From an uncultured Bacilli bacterium (lineage in GTDB: Bacteria; Bacillota_I; Bacilli_A; RF39; UBA660), in NCBI GenBank assembly GCA_934085595.1, contig CAKOHK010000006.1, forward strand, positions 12,883 to 76,882: a stretch of DNA of 64,000 nt, written 5' to 3'. The notes below the pieces were generated by a model that saw nothing but the letters and a program-made list of their open reading frames with translations, searched no databases and had not been told where the DNA came from. The position numbers and the translations under genes are program-made. This document shows positions 61,141-64,000 of the stretch, piece by piece (the first letter of the stretch is position 1; each line of letters starts with the position of its first letter).

Positions 61141-64000
61141 ATGCAAATAGTATTAATTAAAAGTGAAAAATTATATAAATATCCTTTTCCAGATGAAAAT
61201 GTTAATTCATACCCTGTTAGTGATTATGACGAAAATGAAAATGAAAGACATTTATTAAACTTTGAAAGAGAAGATAAAGGCTGGTTACTTGTAAGCGCTA
61301 GTGGTAGCCAAATAATTGAAAATGGAAAAGAATATGAAAAAGTACCATTACTAATAAATAAGTATTATTCTATTAGAATTAAATCAAGAAATGGATATAC
61401 AAATGCATTAATTTTGGTTTGCGAAGAAAATGATAAAACGTATAAATCATATGCCCTAGCTACTGATGGAGAGTATACTATAGGAAGTGAAAACCAAAGT
61501 ATTATTATGAATGCACCAGGAATTAGTGCACTTCATGCAGTTATAACAAAAAAAGAAAAACAATATTATATAGAAGCAAAAGATTTACTTTATGGCGTTT
61601 ATGTAAATGATATAAAAATCTCAAAAAAACTTTTAAATAATGGTGACAAGATATTTATAATGGGATTTAGAATTATATACCTAGATGGATATTTTATAAT
61701 AAATAATTTTAATAATGGATTATATTTAAACAACAATAATATTTTAATAAAGAACTTACCAAAGTTTACAGGAGAACTATTACCAACAAAAGATGATGAT
61801 CAAGCAAAACTTTATGGTGAAAATGATTATTATTATAGATCACCAAGATTTGTAACGTCAGTAAATCCAGAAGACTTTAGAATAGATAGTCCACCAGCAG
61901 GAAGTATTCCAGATGATACTCCAGTAATATATACAATAGGACCTATGCTAACTATGGCACTATCTTCAGGAGTAACCGCAGCAACTTCAGTTGTAAGTTT
62001 AGTAAATGGAAACAGAGGAATAGTATCAGCTTTACCAGGACTATTAATCGCAGTTGGAATGGTCGCATCAACTATACTTTGGCCATCACTAATGAGAAAA
62101 TACACTAAAAAGAAAGCAAAAGAAGCAGAAACATTAAGACAAAAGAAATATCAAGAATACCTAACAGATAAAAGAAGAAAAATAGAAGCGTTTAAAATAA
62201 ATCAATCACAAGTATTAATAGAAAACTATCCAGATGCTAAAGGTTTAAGAGCAATCATAATAAACAAAAAAAGAAATCTATGGCAAAGACAAATAGATAG
62301 TGAAGACTTCTTATCAGTAAGAGTAGGTTTAGGAACAATACCACTTAAAATAAAGTTAAGTTATTCTAAAGAAGACTTCCAAATGACTACAGATAACTTA
62401 AAAGAAGAATTAGAAAGAGTAGGTAAAAGCGCTGAAACTATACCAAACTCACCAGTTACTATAAACTTAACAGAAAGAAATAAACTAGTTTTAATTGGTG
62501 AAAAGATGTATAGAGATAGTTTACTTAAATATATAATATTACAGTTAGCTACATATCATGCATACACAGATTTAAAATTAGTATTTATGGTAAATGATGA
62601 AATAACTGATTTATGGAATGAGTTTAAAGTATTACCACATGTATGGTCTAACAGTAGAGATATAAGATTCTATGCTAATAATTATGAAGACATGAGTAAA
62701 ATATCTTTCTACTTAGAACAAGTTTATACTAAAAGAAAATATAGTGATGATGATGGAAATGAAAGAAAAGAAAGCGATATCACATATAGAAATGTAACTC
62801 CATATTATCTTTTAATAGTTGATAACATTAAGAAAAATAAAAATGTAGAAATTATTAACAAAGTATTAAAAGAAAAAAGAAATATAGGATTTGGACTAAT
62901 AGTATTAAATGATGGAATATCTAACTTACCAAATGAATGTAATGATTTCTTAATGGCGGCAGGTGAAAAATCAGCAATTATTAAAAATGATTTAAATAAA
63001 GAAAATCAAGTAGCATTTAATATGGATACATTCGAAGGAGTAGATGTAGAAACACTATGTGAAAAATTATCAAATATTCCAGTTAAAGTACCACTAAGAT
63101 TAGATGAAATGAAAACATCTTTAGGCTTCTTAGAAATGTTTAAAGTTGGAAAAATAGAGCAACTAAATATATTTGATAGATGGATTAAAAATAACCCAGT
63201 AAATAGTTTAAATACACCTATAGGTATTCATGCTGATGGAGAATTATTTAATTTAGATTTGCATGAAAAGTTTCATGGACCACACGGATTAATCGCAGGT
63301 ATGACTGGTAGTGGTAAATCAGAGTTTATTATTACATATATCTTATCTATGTGTTTAAACTTTAATCCATTTGAAGTATCATTCGTACTTATAGATTACA
63401 AAGGTGGAGGTTTAACCGGAGCATTTGAAAATAAATTAACTGGAGTAAAACTACCACATCTAGCAGGTACAATAACTAACTTAGATAAAGCAGAAATAAA
63501 TAGAAGTCTTGCATCTATACGAAGTGAACTTAAAAGAAGACAAGAATTATTTAATAAAGCAAAACTAGATTTAAATGAAAGTACTCTAGATATATACAAA
63601 TATCAACAATTATATAGAGATGGTAAATTAAAAGAACCAATATCTCATCTATTTATAATTTCAGATGAGTTTGCAGAGTTAAAAAGTCAACAACCAGATT
63701 TCATGCAAGAATTAATATCAACAGCACGTATTGGTCGTAGTCTTGGAGTTCACTTAATACTAGCAACCCAGAAACCAAGTGGTATAGTTGATGATCAAAT
63801 ATGGTCAAACTCTAAGTTTAAAGTATGTTTAAAAGTACAAGAAAAAGCTGATAGTATGGATGTTATTAAATGTCCAGATGCAGCAGCTCTTAAGAAAGCA
63901 GGTAACTTCTACTTACAAGTAGGTTATAATGACTATTTTGCAATGGGACAAGCCGCATATGCAGGAGTTAAATATATACCAAGAGATAAACTAACTCAAA
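61141..64000 (+). CDS. essC: Type VII secretion FtsK/SpoIIIE-family ATPase EssC/YukA (5' part; continues beyond window end)
   Basis: Manual translation from ATG 61141 (RBS AAAAGGGTG) is open to the window end. It shows N-terminal FHA-like domains (TIGSENQSIIMNAPGISALHAVI), two TM segments, and an FtsK-type ATPase domain with Walker A GMTGSGKSEF and IISDEFAELK. It is absent from the ORF track because no stop lies within the window. Confidence 0.7.
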   Translation, partial: MQIVLIKSEKLYKYPFPDENVNSYPVSDYDENENERHLLNFEREDKGWLLVSASGSQIIENGKEYEKVPLLINKYYSIRIKSRNGYTNALILVCEENDKTYKSYALATDGEYTIGSENQSIIMNAPGISALHAVITKKEKQYYIEAKDLLYGVYVNDIKISKKLLNNGDKIFIMGFRIIYLDGYFIINNFNNGLYLNNNNILIKNLPKFTGELLPTKDDDQAKLYGENDYYYRSPRFVTSVNPEDFRIDSPPAGSIPDDTPVIYTIGPMLTMALSSGVTAATSVVSLVNGNRGIVSALPGLLIAVGMVASTILWPSLMRKYTKKKAKEAETLRQKKYQEYLTDKRRKIEAFKINQSQVLIENYPDAKGLRAIIINKKRNLWQRQIDSEDFLSVRVGLGTIPLKIKLSYSKEDFQMTTDNLKEELERVGKSAETIPNSPVTINLTERNKLVLIGEKMYRDSLLKYIILQLATYHAYTDLKLVFMVNDEITDLWNEFKVLPHVWSNSRDIRFYANNYEDMSKISFYLEQVYTKRKYSDDDGNERKESDITYRNVTPYYLLIVDNIKKNKNVEIINKVLKEKRNIGFGLIVLNDGISNLPNECNDFLMAAGEKSAIIKNDLNKENQVAFNMDTFEGVDVETLCEKLSNIPVKVPLRLDEMKTSLGFLEMFKVGKIEQLNIFDRWIKNNPVNSLNTPIGIHADGELFNLDLHEKFHGPHGLIAGMTGSGKSEFIITYILSMCLNFNPFEVSFVLIDYKGGGLTGAFENKLTGVKLPHLAGTITNLDKAEINRSLASIRSELKRRQELFNKAKLDLNESTLDIYKYQQLYRDGKLKEPISHLFIISDEFAELKSQQPDFMQELISTARIGRSLGVHLILATQKPSGIVDDQIWSNSKFKVCLKVQEKADSMDVIKCPDAAALKKAGNFYLQVGYNDYFAMGQAAYAGVKYIPRDKLTQ

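Overview
This is an AT-rich (~27% GC) low-GC Firmicute chromosome segment that looks like Clostridium, but I cannot assign a species from the sequence alone. Well-supported housekeeping genes are uvrB, pcrA/uvrD, pyruvate:ferredoxin oxidoreductase (nifJ/por), ffh, gmk and an LtaS-type polyglycerolphosphate synthase. There are also two ABC transporter operons (one YtrA/GntR-regulated, one SsuABC-like) and a truncated essC (FtsK/SpoIIIE type VII secretion ATPase) that runs off the 3' end of the window. The rest is accessory-looking and mostly cell-surface. (1) A TasA/camelysin-like operon with a SipW-type signal peptidase lies at 544-2498, followed by an operon (2613-7730) with a membrane-anchored McrB-family AAA+ GTPase and a membrane protein carrying thrombospondin-type-3-like Ca-binding repeats plus a TasA-like C-terminal domain. 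(2) A collagen-like (GxT repeat, BclA-like) exosporium-type gene is paired with TPR-GT2 and GT2 glycosyltransferases. (3) Two back-to-back operons of unknown proteins (21460-29620) include an XRE HTH protein and a second AAA_5/McrB-like ATPase with a long N-terminal extension. (4) A class B sortase with a ~330-aa N-terminal cytoplasmic extension is followed by a tandemly duplicated ~5.6-kb three-gene cassette: a small LPxTG-like secreted protein, a 1434-1467-aa cysteine-rich secreted protein, and a 159-aa membrane protein. The two giant paralogs are identical at both ends and mosaically diverged in the middle. (5) An array of three TasA/CalY-like paralogs with SipW-cognate signal peptides sits at 52416-56191; the third is internally deleted. 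No rRNA/tRNA genes, CRISPR arrays, transposases or integrases were recognised. All coordinates, translations and motif calls were made by eye from the sequence and the ORF track; no database search was run.
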